64,000 bases of DNA from Candidatus Latescibacterota bacterium (GCA_965206595.1 OZ242214.1:2656001-2720000); one strand, 5' to 3'; shown: positions 28,451-39,029, counted from the stretch's first letter. Notes: generated by a model from the sequence alone, not told the origin. Translations and numbers: made by a program.

Positions 28451-28739
28451 GGTCCGGGAGGTCGATGACGTCCACCTGCCGGTCGGTCGCCTCCTCCAGG
28501 GCATTCATCACCTCCAGGACGGCACGCGAACAGCCGCGGACCGCGACATCGACGTCGGATGAGCTGCGCCAGGCGCCGGGGGTTATGAGAGAACCCACGA
28601 TGTAGGCAGCCTCGATCCCATGCTTGCGGCGGATCCGCCGCAAGACCTCCTGCACCCGTTCCAGCAGTGCCTCCCGCTCCTGCTCCAGCTTCAGCCGCCG
28701 GCTCCTCAGGCCCTCGTCCAGTCTGTGCGTGTCGAACAT
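28451..28739 (-). CDS. Minimal nucleotidyltransferase (MNT antitoxin-like), stop lost by fusion
   Basis: GGAGG RBS; motifs YIVGSL, SDVDVAV and VDVIDL. Confidence 0.8.
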
Positions 28740-29095
28740 GGAACCTCCGGCAGATTCGCCTCGGTCGATCTCCACTTCCTTGGAATCTCAGGGGGTCGAG
28801 GGTCGGACTACAAGCTACTTGGCAGGTCGACCCCATGTGTGACAGGCAGGTTCACCTCCGCGGCCATCGTCCCCAAGTCCGAGCTTGATCTTTGGAGAGA
28901 TCGATCGCATTCCCCGCTCTATACTGGAAATGGTCGCCGGTCGGGTATGCCTGACAAGCTCGTGGAGAAGATCGTGGTCGAGTATCCAGGGGCAGATCCT
29001 GTATCGCTGAAGTTCTGAGACCCGCGGCTGCTCAGCCGATGTACGCCGGATTGGGAGGCCCTTCTGGCGGTCGTGCCCCGGTGGCGATCTGAGAA

Positions 29096-29710
29096 TCAAA
29101 CCGCAGCAATCATCTGCCCCAGTGCTGTAAACAACTCATCGCAGTGACCGCACCGTTTCATTGCCTTGTTCGCATCAATCCGTGCCAGCAGATCGCTCGC
29201 ATGCCTGATCTTGTGGTAGGGCCCCTTCTGCGTGCGCTCCGTCGCCTGGCTCAAGCGGCGTATCAAATTAACCTTTGACACTTTCTCGAGATTGGCCGCC
29301 CTCGGAAGGCCCTGGCCCCTGAAACCCTGCCCGTAGTAGCTTGCCAGAGTCTCCGGGTCAGCGACGATCCAAGCCTCCATCGACTGCACCATCAGGTGAA
29401 CGGCATCTTCGTTGGCAAAGCTCAGATCCCATTTGTCCCCGGATCGAAGGTGGTCCCGGGCAGACTGGCTCACCGGCGCCTCGGCGTCGACCAGAAGGAC
29501 ATTCACCACATCATTCCCGTTTATGACGGCATTTCGAAATCCTTGAAATGCCTCGTCGCGTGGGCCGCAACAGACCAGCTTCCAGCGTAGCACCTTGTTC
29601 CTGGCTGCCTCTTTGAGGGGCTGAAGAAACGAATCCATCCCCTGACGAAGAGCTGCCCGGTTTTCCTTGCCGACACCCCCGCCTTCCATGTAGATGGCGA
29701 TTCCGGTCAC
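29096..29710 (-). CDS. DUF4276 family protein
   Basis: Motifs IYMEGGG, LLVDAE, MVQSMEAWIVAD and YHKIRH; GTGA overlap with the ATPase. Confidence 0.82.
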   Translation of the reverse strand: MTGIAIYMEGGGVGKENRAALRQGMDSFLQPLKEAARNKVLRWKLVCCGPRDEAFQGFRNAVINGNDVVNVLLVDAEAPVSQSARDHLRSGDKWDLSFANEDAVHLMVQSMEAWIVADPETLASYYGQGFRGQGLPRAANLEKVSKVNLIRRLSQATERTQKGPYHKIRHASDLLARIDANKAMKRCGHCDELFTALGQMIAAV

Positions 29711-30888
29711 GGGTTGGCGCCAAGCTCCCCCATCCGCCAAAGGTCGCCAAGCCTGTATTCGTCCAGCCAATCGGCGAGCTTTTCGGGATCGAGGCGGCGC
29801 AGCACAGTGCCGGACCCTGGCCGCTCGCAGGCGACGATGGAGGCCGGCTGATGGGTCAGCGCCGACACAAAGGCATCGGAATGCGTCGTGACCACCAGCT
29901 GCATACGCCCGGAGGCTTCGACGACAAGGTCGGCGAGCAGCGCCACGGCATCGGGATGCAGTCCGAGCTCCGGTTCTTCCATGCAGACGAGCGAGGGCGG
30001 CGATGGGTTCAACAGGGTCGCCAGCATAGCAATAAATCGGATGGTGCCGTCAGACAGCCGGGTTGCGGGAATCGGGGTACTGAAGCCGGATTCGTGCAGG
30101 AAAAACTGCAAGGTCCCCCCGGAAATCGAGGTGGACATTCGTTCGAACCGGGGGAAAAAACGTTTCAGATGCTTGTTGAATACCGGACCAGCCTGGTGTT
30201 CAATCTGGTTGAGCACCAAGGCCAGATTGCTGCAGTCGGGAAGCAGCCATTTCTCCGGAAGATCCGCTCGTTGCGGCTGCCGCAACGCACCGTAACGGCC
30301 GAACGTCCACTCGCGGAACGTTTGGATTTCCTGAAACTGGAACCCTAGCCCGAATAGCTCTGGATAGATATCCGGATCCTTTCGCTGCGCGAGAACGGAT
30401 TGATTCAGCGAGTGCTCTTTCGACGGAACAGTTATCTCCTCGGTTGATCCACCCGGCGGTATCCTCCTGCGAATGTTGATTTCTGGGTGACCCTGCTGGA
30501 AGATGAAATAACAAGTTGGCTCTACTCCCTTGGGAGACCCTTCCTCGATTTCCTCCTGGATGATGTTGACAAAAGGTCCAATAGTGTTAAACGAGATGCG
30601 ATACCTCAACGGCTCGTCCGTCATCATATTCGGACCTGTTTCTACTTCTACAGTCGCAGGTGACGAACGTTCATCCCCTTTCCACAGCCACTCCTTCGCA
30701 CCGCCGCCGTCCCGGATCGCAGCGGCGAAGTCCGTCGGCGTGGCGCGCAGGAGCTCCAGCACCTCGATGAAGTTCGATTTCCCCGACGCATTCGGACCAA
30801 TAAGAACGTTCAATGGCTGCAGCTCGAAGAACTCCATATCGGGGGAAAACGACAGCAGCCCACCCATGCGAAGCCGTTGGATGAACAT
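29707..30888 (-). CDS. ABC/SMC-like ATPase (AAA_21 type)
   Basis: Motifs GPNASGKS, LSDGT, MEEPELGLHP and TTHSD; C-terminal LGDLWRMGELG. Confidence 0.9.
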   Translation of the reverse strand: MFIQRLRMGGLLSFSPDMEFFELQPLNVLIGPNASGKSNFIEVLELLRATPTDFAAAIRDGGGAKEWLWKGDERSSPATVEVETGPNMMTDEPLRYRISFNTIGPFVNIIQEEIEEGSPKGVEPTCYFIFQQGHPEINIRRRIPPGGSTEEITVPSKEHSLNQSVLAQRKDPDIYPELFGLGFQFQEIQTFREWTFGRYGALRQPQRADLPEKWLLPDCSNLALVLNQIEHQAGPVFNKHLKRFFPRFERMSTSISGGTLQFFLHESGFSTPIPATRLSDGTIRFIAMLATLLNPSPPSLVCMEEPELGLHPDAVALLADLVVEASGRMQLVVTTHSDAFVSALTHQPASIVACERPGSGTVLRRLDPEKLADWLDEYRLGDLWRMGELGANP

Positions 30889-30909
30889 CGGATTTACCCT
30901 CCTCCTGAT

Positions 30910-32526
30910 TCAGGCATCGAGCACGCCGATGGTCGGACCGAAGCTGTCCTGGTACGCCTGCGCGTCGAGGCGGCAATCGATCAGCGTCCCGACCTCCGCG
31001 GCGAACGCCTCCCTCAGCGCTTCCCGAAGCCCCTCCGGGGTATCGACGGTCGCCCCGGCGAGTCCGCAGCACCTCGCCACCTCGGCGTAATCGACCCTCT
31101 GCAGCTGCAGCTTGTACTCCGGCATTCCGCGCGCCTTCTGCCGCCACTTCATGGTACCGAGGGCATCGTCGTTCAGGATAACCAGGGGCACCGCCACGCC
31201 GGCGCGCGCCAGGGTCTCCAGCTCGCCGAGCCGCATCAGCAGGCTGCCGTCGGCGCCCAGTCCCATCATCGGGGTCTCCGGGGCTGCCAGTTTCGCCCCG
31301 AGAATCGCCGGTATCGTCAGCCCCATGGTGCGCCCGCCGCTGGTGCCCCGGTAACTTGCCGGATCGTCGACCTTCCACAGGCGCTCGAGAATGGTGATGT
31401 AGATCCCGGTTTCCGAGAACAGCACCCCCCCGGGCGGCATCAGCTCCCTGGCGATCTCGATGATGTCTTGCGCCGCCAGCCGGGCGTGCGGGGGCCGCGC
31501 GAAGTGCGGCTCCACCGCGGCGTCGATCGCGGCCAGCTCGGCCTGGGAAAAGCCCTCCCCCGTTGTCGTCAGCTGCGCGATGGAGGCCTTGAGGTCGCCG
31601 TCCACTCTCACCTCCGGTTCGGGTGTGAAGGAGAGGTACCCGGGCCGGGCGACGAGCTCGCAGACCGGCAGTGGAGAGCTCCACGGAACGTGCGCCATCA
31701 TCGCGTCCGCCCCGGCGAAGAGCACGGCGTCGGCGCACTCGAGCACCTCCATTTCGACGGTGTTGGCCACCCAGCTCCCGGTCATCACTCCTGCCCAGCG
31801 GGGGTGGGACTCGGGAAAGGCGCCGCGGCCGTCCATCGTCGACAGCACCACCCCGCCGATGCGCTCGACCAGCTCGACCAGCTCCGGGGTGGCCCCGGCC
31901 CGGGTGACGTCCGCGCCGGCGACGACCGCTGGCTTGGCGGAGCGCTCGAGAAAGGCGCGGGCGGCTTCGAGGGAAGCGGCCTCAGCCTGCCCGTCGGTAC
32001 CGACCGGCAGAGGGGCAAGCGGTCCGTCGCAGTCGGCGGCTCCGAGGTCGGAAGGCAGGTCGAGGAGCACTGGCCCGGGGCGGCCGTCGAGCGCCAGAAA
32101 CGAGGCCTCGCGCAGCATCCCGGGCGCGGCATCGGGACTCAGGGTGCCGCTGTACTTGACCACCGAGCCGAACAGCTCCTCGTGGGCGCACTGCTGCACG
32201 AGCTCTCCCCGGGTCACCGTCGACGCGGAGGACTCGCACAGGCAGATGACCGGCGCCCGCTCGAAGTAGGCGTTGACGGCCCCGCCGGCGAGGTTTCCCG
32301 CGCCCACCCCCTTCACCGACAGCGCCAGCCCCGCGGTCTCCTTCATCAGGCCGTTGCAGGCCCCCGCTATCCCCGCGGCCGACTCGTGCGCCACGGAGAC
32401 GAACTCGACCCCGAGCCGGCGGCCGTACTCCATCAGGTCGAGAGGACAGCCACCCCCGGGAATCCCGAAGAAGTGGCGTATCCCCCTCTCCCGCGCTTCG
32501 CTGATGATCAGTTCCGCAAGTTTCAC
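30910..32526 (-). CDS. Thiamine pyrophosphate-dependent enzyme (acetolactate synthase-like)
   Basis: Motifs FGIPGG, HESAA, GRPGPVLLDLP and TPP motif ADGS..ILND; GTG start after GGAGG. Confidence 0.88.
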   Translation of the reverse strand: MKLAELIISEARERGIRHFFGIPGGGCPLDLMEYGRRLGVEFVSVAHESAAGIAGACNGLMKETAGLALSVKGVGAGNLAGGAVNAYFERAPVICLCESSASTVTRGELVQQCAHEELFGSVVKYSGTLSPDAAPGMLREASFLALDGRPGPVLLDLPSDLGAADCDGPLAPLPVGTDGQAEAASLEAARAFLERSAKPAVVAGADVTRAGATPELVELVERIGGVVLSTMDGRGAFPESHPRWAGVMTGSWVANTVEMEVLECADAVLFAGADAMMAHVPWSSPLPVCELVARPGYLSFTPEPEVRVDGDLKASIAQLTTTGEGFSQAELAAIDAAVEPHFARPPHARLAAQDIIEIARELMPPGGVLFSETGIYITILERLWKVDDPASYRGTSGGRTMGLTIPAILGAKLAAPETPMMGLGADGSLLMRLGELETLARAGVAVPLVILNDDALGTMKWRQKARGMPEYKLQLQRVDYAEVARCCGLAGATVDTPEGLREALREAFAAEVGTLIDCRLDAQAYQDSFGPTIGVLDA

Positions 32527-32652
32527 GGCCGCTTCGACCTCCTGTCGTCCGGACTCTTGAGTATCCCTTTGCGAACCGGTAGGTTCGCCCCGCCCCGGCC
32601 GGGGCGGAAGGCAGAATGTAGGATTGGAAGAAGGGGGATGTAACCTTTGGCG

Positions 32653-33258
32653 ATGGACCCTGACCCAGCGGGGCTGCGGGTGGGCAATGACGTCGTCTAC
32701 CGGCGCGACCCGCACATAGCCGCCCACCACCTGAAGCGGCGTTTCGTCGACCGGGTCTGCAGCGCCGGGGAGGCCGGCCGGGTGCGGGCGAGCCGGGAGC
32801 CCGGCCTTCTGCTGTGGTCGCTGTGGGCGGCGAAGGAGGCGGCCTACAAGGCGGTCGTAAAACTACGGCCCGGCACCCCGTTCGCGCACCGGCGCTTCGT
32901 CGTCGACGAGTCCCTCTCCGCGGTCCGCTACGAGGATCTGCAACTGTCGTTGGCGGTGGAAGCGAACGAGGAGCGGGTGCACGCGGTCGCCTGCACCGGT
33001 GAAGCCGACATCCTGTCGTCAGTGGAGCGGAAGGAAGACGGGGCGAGCCAGAAGGAAGCGGTCCGCGCCCTCGCTCTCGGGGCCGTGGCGGCGCGCTTCG
33101 ACCTGCCGCGAGACCGTCTCGATATCCTCCGCCGGCCGCTTGCCGAAGGCCGCCCCGGCCCTCCCGAGCTGCTCCTCGACGGCCTGGCAACCGGCGTCGA
33201 CATCAGCCTGTCGCACGACGGCCCGTTCGTCGCCTGTGCCGCGGTCTGCCGCGGCTAG
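32653..33258 (+). CDS. 4'-phosphopantetheinyl transferase
   Basis: Motifs [18 protein letters not shown] and ISLSHDG. Confidence 0.85.
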   Translation: MDPDPAGLRVGNDVVYRRDPHIAAHHLKRRFVDRVCSAGEAGRVRASREPGLLLWSLWAAKEAAYKAVVKLRPGTPFAHRRFVVDESLSAVRYEDLQLSLAVEANEERVHAVACTGEADILSSVERKEDGASQKEAVRALALGAVAARFDLPRDRLDILRRPLAEGRPGPPELLLDGLATGVDISLSHDGPFVACAAVCRG

Positions 33259-34343
33259 TGTCCTGTCGCAGAGATTCGTTCACAAAGTCTCTTGATTTTG
33301 GCGAGGATGGAATCCGCCGTAGCCGTCCAGACGAAAGGGTGTGCGTTGGCGTTCCATTTGGCCGTGTAGCGTTCGATTCGCTCGATGAGCTCCGACACCT
33401 TGCGGAACGAATCGCGCCGAACCGCCTGGCGGGTGAGGATATTGAACCAGATCTCCACCTGATTGAGCCACGAAGCATACGTGGGAGTGTAGTGAAGGTG
33501 AAATCGGGGACGCCGTGCCAGCCATCGCTTGACCTTGGCATGCTTATGCGTGGCGTAGTTGTCGACGACGAGATGAATATCGAGGTCAGCGGGCACGTTG
33601 GCCTCGATGTGGCGCAGGAACTGGAGGAACTCCTGGTGACGATGACGGGGCTTGCACTGGGTCATCACTTCCCCGGTGGCGATGTCCAGGGCGGCAAACA
33701 GGGTGGTGGTGCCGTGCCGCTTGTAGTCGTGCGTAATCCCTTCCACGTATCCCAGTCCCAGGGGCAGCATGGGCTGACTTCGTTCCAACGCCTGGATCTG
33801 GCTCTTCTCGTCCACGCACAGCACCAGGGCGTGCTCGGGGGGATTCAGGTATAAGCCGACGATATCCCGTACTTTGTCGACAAAGAAAGGATCGGTGGAA
33901 AGCTTGAAGCGCTTGTGTCGATGGGGCTGCAAACCATACGTGCGCCAAATGCGATGAACCGCGTCCTTGGTCAGGCCGGTTTCTTCGCCCATGGAGCGCA
34001 CCGACCACTGTGTTTCGTCTTTGGGCTTGGTCTTCAGGGTCTTGTATACCACCTCGGCTACCTGCTCGTCCGTGATCGATCGCGGCGCCCCTGAACGTAG
34101 TTCATCATACAAGCCATTGAGTCCGTTGTCGAGAAAACGCCGGCGCCATTTGCCCACCGTAGCTCGCGTCACACCCACCGCGGAAGCGACCGCTTCATTG
34201 GGCCAGCCATCGGCGGCCAGCAGCACCATCTCGGCTCGCCGCACCAATCCGTGGGGAAGACTTCGTGATTTGGCCATCGATTCCAGTCGTTCCCGGTCCG
34301 ACGGACTCAGCTCTAACGGCGTTAATGGACGCCCCGTCACCAT
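33255..34343 (-). CDS. IS630 transposase (intact)
   Basis: HTH; motifs [17 protein letters not shown] and SWLNQVE. Confidence 0.93.
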   Translation of the reverse strand: MVTGRPLTPLELSPSDRERLESMAKSRSLPHGLVRRAEMVLLAADGWPNEAVASAVGVTRATVGKWRRRFLDNGLNGLYDELRSGAPRSITDEQVAEVVYKTLKTKPKDETQWSVRSMGEETGLTKDAVHRIWRTYGLQPHRHKRFKLSTDPFFVDKVRDIVGLYLNPPEHALVLCVDEKSQIQALERSQPMLPLGLGYVEGITHDYKRHGTTTLFAALDIATGEVMTQCKPRHRHQEFLQFLRHIEANVPADLDIHLVVDNYATHKHAKVKRWLARRPRFHLHYTPTYASWLNQVEIWFNILTRQAVRRDSFRKVSELIERIERYTAKWNANAHPFVWTATADSILAKIKRLCERISATGH

Positions 34344-34426
34344 AGGTCTCTCCTTTCAGAAGGGGGATAAGGGAAACCTACGGCACTTTCAATTGTTTGT
34401 ACAGTTAATTACACGACATGACACTA
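33256..34426 (-). mobile_element. IS630-family insertion sequence
   Basis: IRs TAGTGTCCTGTCG and CGACATGACACTA; CTAG at both ends (TA duplication). Confidence 0.92.
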
Positions 34427-34433
34427 GTGCCTC

Positions 34434-35255
34434 TCAGTCCCTGGTCAGCCGCTCCCGCTCCAGACGCTCGATCTCGCCGAGCCGGGCAACTTCCTTCAGG
34501 ACCTTGCGTCCCACCTGCACCTGGTTGCGGAACAGCCTCGGGTCGACCCCGTCGAACTCCGCCATGTCGACCGGGTCCCCGTACACGACGATCACGGGCC
34601 GGGCGCGTCCGAAGTTCCGGCGCGCTTCCTCCGCCGGGTTGTCGCTCAGGCCGTTGATGAAAATCGGGATGACGATCGGGCGGGCGTGCAGGACGACGCG
34701 GCCGAACCCCGGCTCGGCAGGCAGCAGCTCGTAGGGATCTTCGTTCTTGTTGCGCGTTCCCTCCGGGTGGATGCCGACCAGGGTCCGCGGCGACTTCAGG
34801 CGCTCGGCGAGGAAGTCGAGCCCTGCCCGCGTCACCCCCCGCTTGTGGCGCGGCCGGAAGATCGGCGGGAACATCGACATGGTGCTGAAGGCGAGGTTGG
34901 AGAGGATCCCCGGCACCGTGTCGTACAGGAATGCCGAGCGCACCGGGAAGAAGAACTGGTCCCAGTGCACGACGTGTCGGTACAGGTAGCTGGCGATGAT
35001 GTACTGGTCGAAGTAGGTGCGGTGGTTGGAGGCGATCAGGACGCCCCGGTCGGGACGCAGGCCGACCACCTTGTCCATGCCGACGAGGTGGATGCGACGG
35101 CTGGTCAGCAGGGTGACGAAGTGCCGGTGGACGTTTCTGTTGATCCAGTGGGTGGCGGTGCGGAGGCGCGGGGATTCGTTGATCCAGCTCGCGAACGCCA
35201 GGGCCGTGCGCTCTACCCGGGTGAGGGTGGCCAGATCCTCGGGGGGTATCTCCAT
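34434..35255 (-). CDS. plsC: Lysophospholipid (1-acyl-sn-G3P) acyltransferase, PlsC family
   Basis: NHRTYFD (HX4D) and HPEGTR motifs. Confidence 0.85.
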   Translation of the reverse strand: MEIPPEDLATLTRVERTALAFASWINESPRLRTATHWINRNVHRHFVTLLTSRRIHLVGMDKVVGLRPDRGVLIASNHRTYFDQYIIASYLYRHVVHWDQFFFPVRSAFLYDTVPGILSNLAFSTMSMFPPIFRPRHKRGVTRAGLDFLAERLKSPRTLVGIHPEGTRNKNEDPYELLPAEPGFGRVVLHARPIVIPIFINGLSDNPAEEARRNFGRARPVIVVYGDPVDMAEFDGVDPRLFRNQVQVGRKVLKEVARLGEIERLERERLTRD

Positions 35256-35312
35256 GAAGTCACGGCAGAACGGCGGTGAGGCGGGGGGGAGTCCGCCTCG
35301 CGGCTTCGGGTA

Positions 35313-35558
35313 TCAGCTGGTCGTGGCGATCAGGTTGACGGCATCCCCGACGGTCGTCACCTGGTCGGCGGCGTCGTCGGAGATCTCGATGTCGAAGCCG
35401 TCCTCGATTTCGAGAACGATGTCGACCAGCCTCGCGGAGTTGACCTCGAGATCTTCCTGAATCGAGGTCTCCATGGTGACGTTCGAGAGCGCTTCCTCGT
35501 TCTTGGCGAACGGGGTCAGTATCTCGACGATTCTTTTGAAAACTTCCTGCGTGTCCAT
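35313..35558 (-). CDS. Acyl carrier protein
   Basis: Acidic 81-aa protein, DLEVNSARLVDIVLEIEDGFDIEISD..TVGD. Confidence 0.9.
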   Translation of the reverse strand: MDTQEVFKRIVEILTPFAKNEEALSNVTMETSIQEDLEVNSARLVDIVLEIEDGFDIEISDDAADQVTTVGDAVNLIATTS

Positions 35559-35708
35559 TGCAGCGATCCTTTTATCCGTTTCTTTGGCGGTGACGGCCGG
35601 ACCGCGACAGAGCCGATCCGGTTCTGCATCGCTTTCGGTGCGGCCGGCATCGCCGGCAAATTTTGCGGCCTTTCCCAAGCGGGTATCACCGCAGGCCCAC
35701 ATATAAAG

Positions 35709-36989
35709 TTACGGGATTTTTCGGAAAATCACACAGCCGTTCACGTCTCCGAAGCCGAAGCTGGCCTTGGCGACCGCCTTCAGGCCGGGGAGGTCGACGC
35801 ACTCGTGGGGTATGCGGCCGGCGTAGGCTTCGAGATCGGGGTGCAGGTCTTCGCAGTTGATGGAGGGGTGAACGAAGCCGTGGTGGAGCTCGAGGACCGA
35901 GGCGACGCACTCGATCCCGCCGGCGGCCCCGAGGGCGTGTCCTATCAGCGACTTGGTCGAATGGATGTAGGGCATGTCCGCAGGGTCGAGCCGCAGCGCC
36001 CGTGACCAGTTCCCGACCTCGTGCGGGTCGGCGAAGGTGGCGGTGAGGTGGCCGTTGATCGCGCCGATCTCGCCGGGGTCGAGCCCCGACATCTCCAGGG
36101 CGCCGCGCAGGCAGCGCTCGACGCTGTTGGGGTTGGGGGCGGTCATGCTGCCCCCTTGGCGATGGCCGCCGCAGTTGAGGAAGACGCCGGCCACCTCGGC
36201 GTAGATGCGGGCGCCCCGCTCGCGGGCGGACTCCATCTCTTCGAGCATCAGCATGCCGGCCCCCGACCCGGGGATGAAGCCGGCGGCGCTGGCGCTCATC
36301 GGCCGCGACGCCGCTTCCGGGTCGTCGTTGCTGTTGCGGTTGAGGACGCGCATGGCGTCGAACCCGGCCCATATATAATGGCTGTGGCCCTCCGAGCCCC
36401 CGGCGAGCATGCGCCTGGCCAGCCCGTCCCTGATGCGGTAGTAGGCCTGCACGACCGCCTCGGTGCCGGTGTTGCAGGCGCTCGAGTTGGTGCTCACCTG
36501 GTTGCCGAGGGCGAGCTTGCCGGCGATGCGGGCGCTGTTGCCGCTCGACATGATCTGCTCGACCATGGTACTGCCGAGCCGCCTCACCCGCCCCGCCTGC
36601 GTCTTCGGCGCCAGGGTTTCGGCGATGGTGTCGATGCCCCCGATCCCGGTGCCGATGATGCCCCCGGTGTCCCAGTCGGGCTCGTCGCCGCCTCCGCGCA
36701 TCTCCAGGCCGGCGTCGTTCCAAGCGTCGATGGCGGCGATCGCCGCGAACACCATGTTGGCGTTCATCGCGAACAGCTCTTCCTCGCTCAGGTAGGCGGC
36801 CTGCAGCTCCTCGACGCCGTCGGGGATGCCGCCGACCTGGCAGCCGAACTTCAGCTCGGCGAGCTGCTCGTGAAAGCCGATCCCGCTGCGGCCCCGGCGC
36901 AGGGCCTCGGCGAACTGCTCGAGACCGTGGCCGTTGGGCGCCAGCACTCCCAGGCCGGTGACAACGACCCTGGTGTCATTTCCGTTCAC
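35709..36989 (-). CDS. fabF: Beta-ketoacyl-ACP synthase (FabF/FabB type)
   Basis: Motifs RVVVTGLG, SACNTG (Cys), INGHLT, KSLIGHALGAAG and SFGFG. Confidence 0.88.
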   Translation of the reverse strand: MNGNDTRVVVTGLGVLAPNGHGLEQFAEALRRGRSGIGFHEQLAELKFGCQVGGIPDGVEELQAAYLSEEELFAMNANMVFAAIAAIDAWNDAGLEMRGGGDEPDWDTGGIIGTGIGGIDTIAETLAPKTQAGRVRRLGSTMVEQIMSSGNSARIAGKLALGNQVSTNSSACNTGTEAVVQAYYRIRDGLARRMLAGGSEGHSHYIWAGFDAMRVLNRNSNDDPEAASRPMSASAAGFIPGSGAGMLMLEEMESARERGARIYAEVAGVFLNCGGHRQGGSMTAPNPNSVERCLRGALEMSGLDPGEIGAINGHLTATFADPHEVGNWSRALRLDPADMPYIHSTKSLIGHALGAAGGIECVASVLELHHGFVHPSINCEDLHPDLEAYAGRIPHECVDLPGLKAVAKASFGFGDVNGCVIFRKIP

Positions 36990-37434
36990 GGGGCACTCCC
37001 ATTCCCGAAACGGTCCCGCCGGCGACCCAGGTGCCGTCGGCGAGCCTCAGTTCCACTTTCGATTTCAGTTTCCGGCGCCTCCAGAACAGCTTCTCCGCGG
37101 TGATGCGCACCGTGGCTCCGGGCGGGACTACCCGGGCGAACTCCACCTCGGCGTCGGTGAACAGGCTGATGGTCCCGGCGACCTCCTCCTCGGGAACCTC
37201 CATGCCGAGCAGGTGGATCCCCAAAGCGACCAGCCCGGTCTGGCACATCGCCTCGATCAGGATCACTCCCGGGGTCACCGGGTTGCCGGGGAAGTGGCCC
37301 TCGTAAAAAGTCTCGTCCTCGCGGAAGGTGTACTCGCCGACCGCGGTCGACTCCCCGAGCTCGACGAGGCGGTCGATGAAGCGGAACGGCCGCTGCTGCG
37401 GGATCAGGGCAAGCACTTGCTCCGGGGTCAGCAT
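36976..37434 (-). CDS. fabZ: 3-hydroxyacyl-ACP dehydratase FabZ-like
   Basis: Motifs PQQRPFRFID and GHFPGNPVTPGVILIEAMCQ. Confidence 0.85.
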   Translation of the reverse strand: MLTPEQVLALIPQQRPFRFIDRLVELGESTAVGEYTFREDETFYEGHFPGNPVTPGVILIEAMCQTGLVALGIHLLGMEVPEEEVAGTISLFTDAEVEFARVVPPGATVRITAEKLFWRRRKLKSKVELRLADGTWVAGGTVSGMGVPRERK

Positions 37435-38027
37435 CAGGCGCTCCGGTCCATGATGCCGCCGACGCTGTTCGGCGAGCGCTCCGGGTAGTCCGGGTAGCCG
37501 ATCCCGAGGAACGTGCCGACCTTGGCGTCCTTGACGGTGTAGATGTGCTCGCCGTCGACGAGCACCCGGGCGCTGCCGATCGCCACCGCGGAACCGGACT
37601 CCTTCAGCTGCGAGAAGCGGCGGATGTCGACCTCGTAGCGCACCACCTCGTTGTAGGGCCGGATCTGGCCGGCGAACTCGACCTCCTTGCAGCCGAGGGC
37701 CCGCCCCGAGCCGGGGGCGCCGTTGGCGGCTATGTAGAGCCCGACGAGCTGCCAGATCGCGTCGACTCCGAGGCACCCCGGCTGCACCGGGTCGCCGCGA
37801 AAATGACAGTGAAAGAACCAGTCTGCGACGCCGATGTCCTGTTCCCCGACGATGCGCCCGCGCGGCCCCCGGCGGTGCAGCTCGACGACGCGCGAGATCA
37901 TCAGCATCGGCGGCGCCGGCAGGCGGATGAATTCGTCCGGCGGATCCTCGACCAGGGTGCCCTGCGAGATGCCGAGCAGCTCCTCGGAGGTGAAGTGGCC
38001 GCGCTCTGTGAACTCGGAGTAGAGCAT
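37434..38027 (-). CDS. fabA: 3-hydroxydecanoyl-ACP dehydratase/isomerase
   Basis: Motifs LPAPPMLM and WFFHCHFRGDPVQPGCLGVDAIWQL (His/Asp dyad of FabA); GRALG. Confidence 0.9.
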   Translation of the reverse strand: MLYSEFTERGHFTSEELLGISQGTLVEDPPDEFIRLPAPPMLMISRVVELHRRGPRGRIVGEQDIGVADWFFHCHFRGDPVQPGCLGVDAIWQLVGLYIAANGAPGSGRALGCKEVEFAGQIRPYNEVVRYEVDIRRFSQLKESGSAVAIGSARVLVDGEHIYTVKDAKVGTFLGIGYPDYPERSPNSVGGIMDRSA

Positions 38028-38030
38028 GGC

Positions 38031-39026
38031 TCAGGAGACCTCGATGCGCAGGCTCGACCACGTCAGCCCGGAACCGACGACGGCGAGGATGAGGCTGTCG
38101 CCGGAGGCCAGCTCGTCCCAGCGCTGGGAGAGGACAACCGGGGCCCCGGCGGCGCCGGTGTTGCCGAACTCGGCGACGTTGTGCCAGTGGGACTCGCCAT
38201 CGAGGCCGGCCCGCCTGGCGACCCCCTGCAGCATCAGCAGGTTGGCCTGGTGGCCTATGAACCGCAGGGTCCCGCCCGCGGCCTCGGCGTGCCCGCAAGC
38301 CTCGGGAAGCATCTCCCTGACCAGGGAGATCGTCGTCTTGATGGCGAAGCGCTGCACCGCGTTCCCCTCCTGGAAGAAGTGGCCGTGGCGCGGGATGCGG
38401 ACCGCGTCCCAGCGCTTGGAGTCGGCCCCCAAAGTGCTGGCGACCACCCGGACCGGGGCCGCCTCCCGGGAGGAGAGGACCGCGGCGCTGGTGCCGTCCC
38501 CCCAGAGCACGGCGTTGGCGCGGTCGGAGTAGTCGATCGCCCGCGTCGTGTTCTCGGGGTTGACGACGAGGACGAAGCGCGGCAGCGCCTCCATCGAGCT
38601 CAGCATGTGCAGCTGGGCCCCGAAGCTGCAGCAGGCGGAGTTGATGTCGATCCCGGGGGCGTCGATATCCGCGGCCGCGGCGATGCGGCTGGCGTCGGCC
38701 GGGATCGCCATGTCGGGATAGCACCCCCCGGATACCACCAGGCCGATATCGGCGGCGGCGACGCCGGCGCGCTCGAGAGCCATGGCCGCGGCCCGGGCCG
38801 CGGTGGCGGCGTTGTCGTACAGGGCCGCCTCCTCGGCGCCGCGGGGGTCCCGGTTGTGCGTGCTGCGGATGTAGTCGAGGGGCAGCACCGTGCGCCGCCG
38901 GCGAATCCCCACGCGCTCGAGGATCCACTCGTCGCTGGTACCGATGTCGAGGTCCTCGAGAAAGCCGTTGTCGATGACGTTCTCGGGATGGAAGTGACCC
39001 ATGCCGTGGAGGTATAGGGAAGCCAA
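38031..39026 (-). CDS. fabH: Beta-ketoacyl-ACP synthase III
   Basis: Cys-His-Asn triad: SACCSF, HQAN and FGNTGAA. Confidence 0.88.
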   Translation of the reverse strand: MASLYLHGMGHFHPENVIDNGFLEDLDIGTSDEWILERVGIRRRRTVLPLDYIRSTHNRDPRGAEEAALYDNAATAARAAAMALERAGVAAADIGLVVSGGCYPDMAIPADASRIAAAADIDAPGIDINSACCSFGAQLHMLSSMEALPRFVLVVNPENTTRAIDYSDRANAVLWGDGTSAAVLSSREAAPVRVVASTLGADSKRWDAVRIPRHGHFFQEGNAVQRFAIKTTISLVREMLPEACGHAEAAGGTLRFIGHQANLLMLQGVARRAGLDGESHWHNVAEFGNTGAAGAPVVLSQRWDELASGDSLILAVVGSGLTWSSLRIEVS

Positions 39027-39029
39027 CGA

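Noticed and set aside
28815-29099. Possible HTH remnant (PATISSIERG) on the minus strand
   Set aside because: The match is too short, and the opposite strand gives an equally plausible C-terminal fragment.
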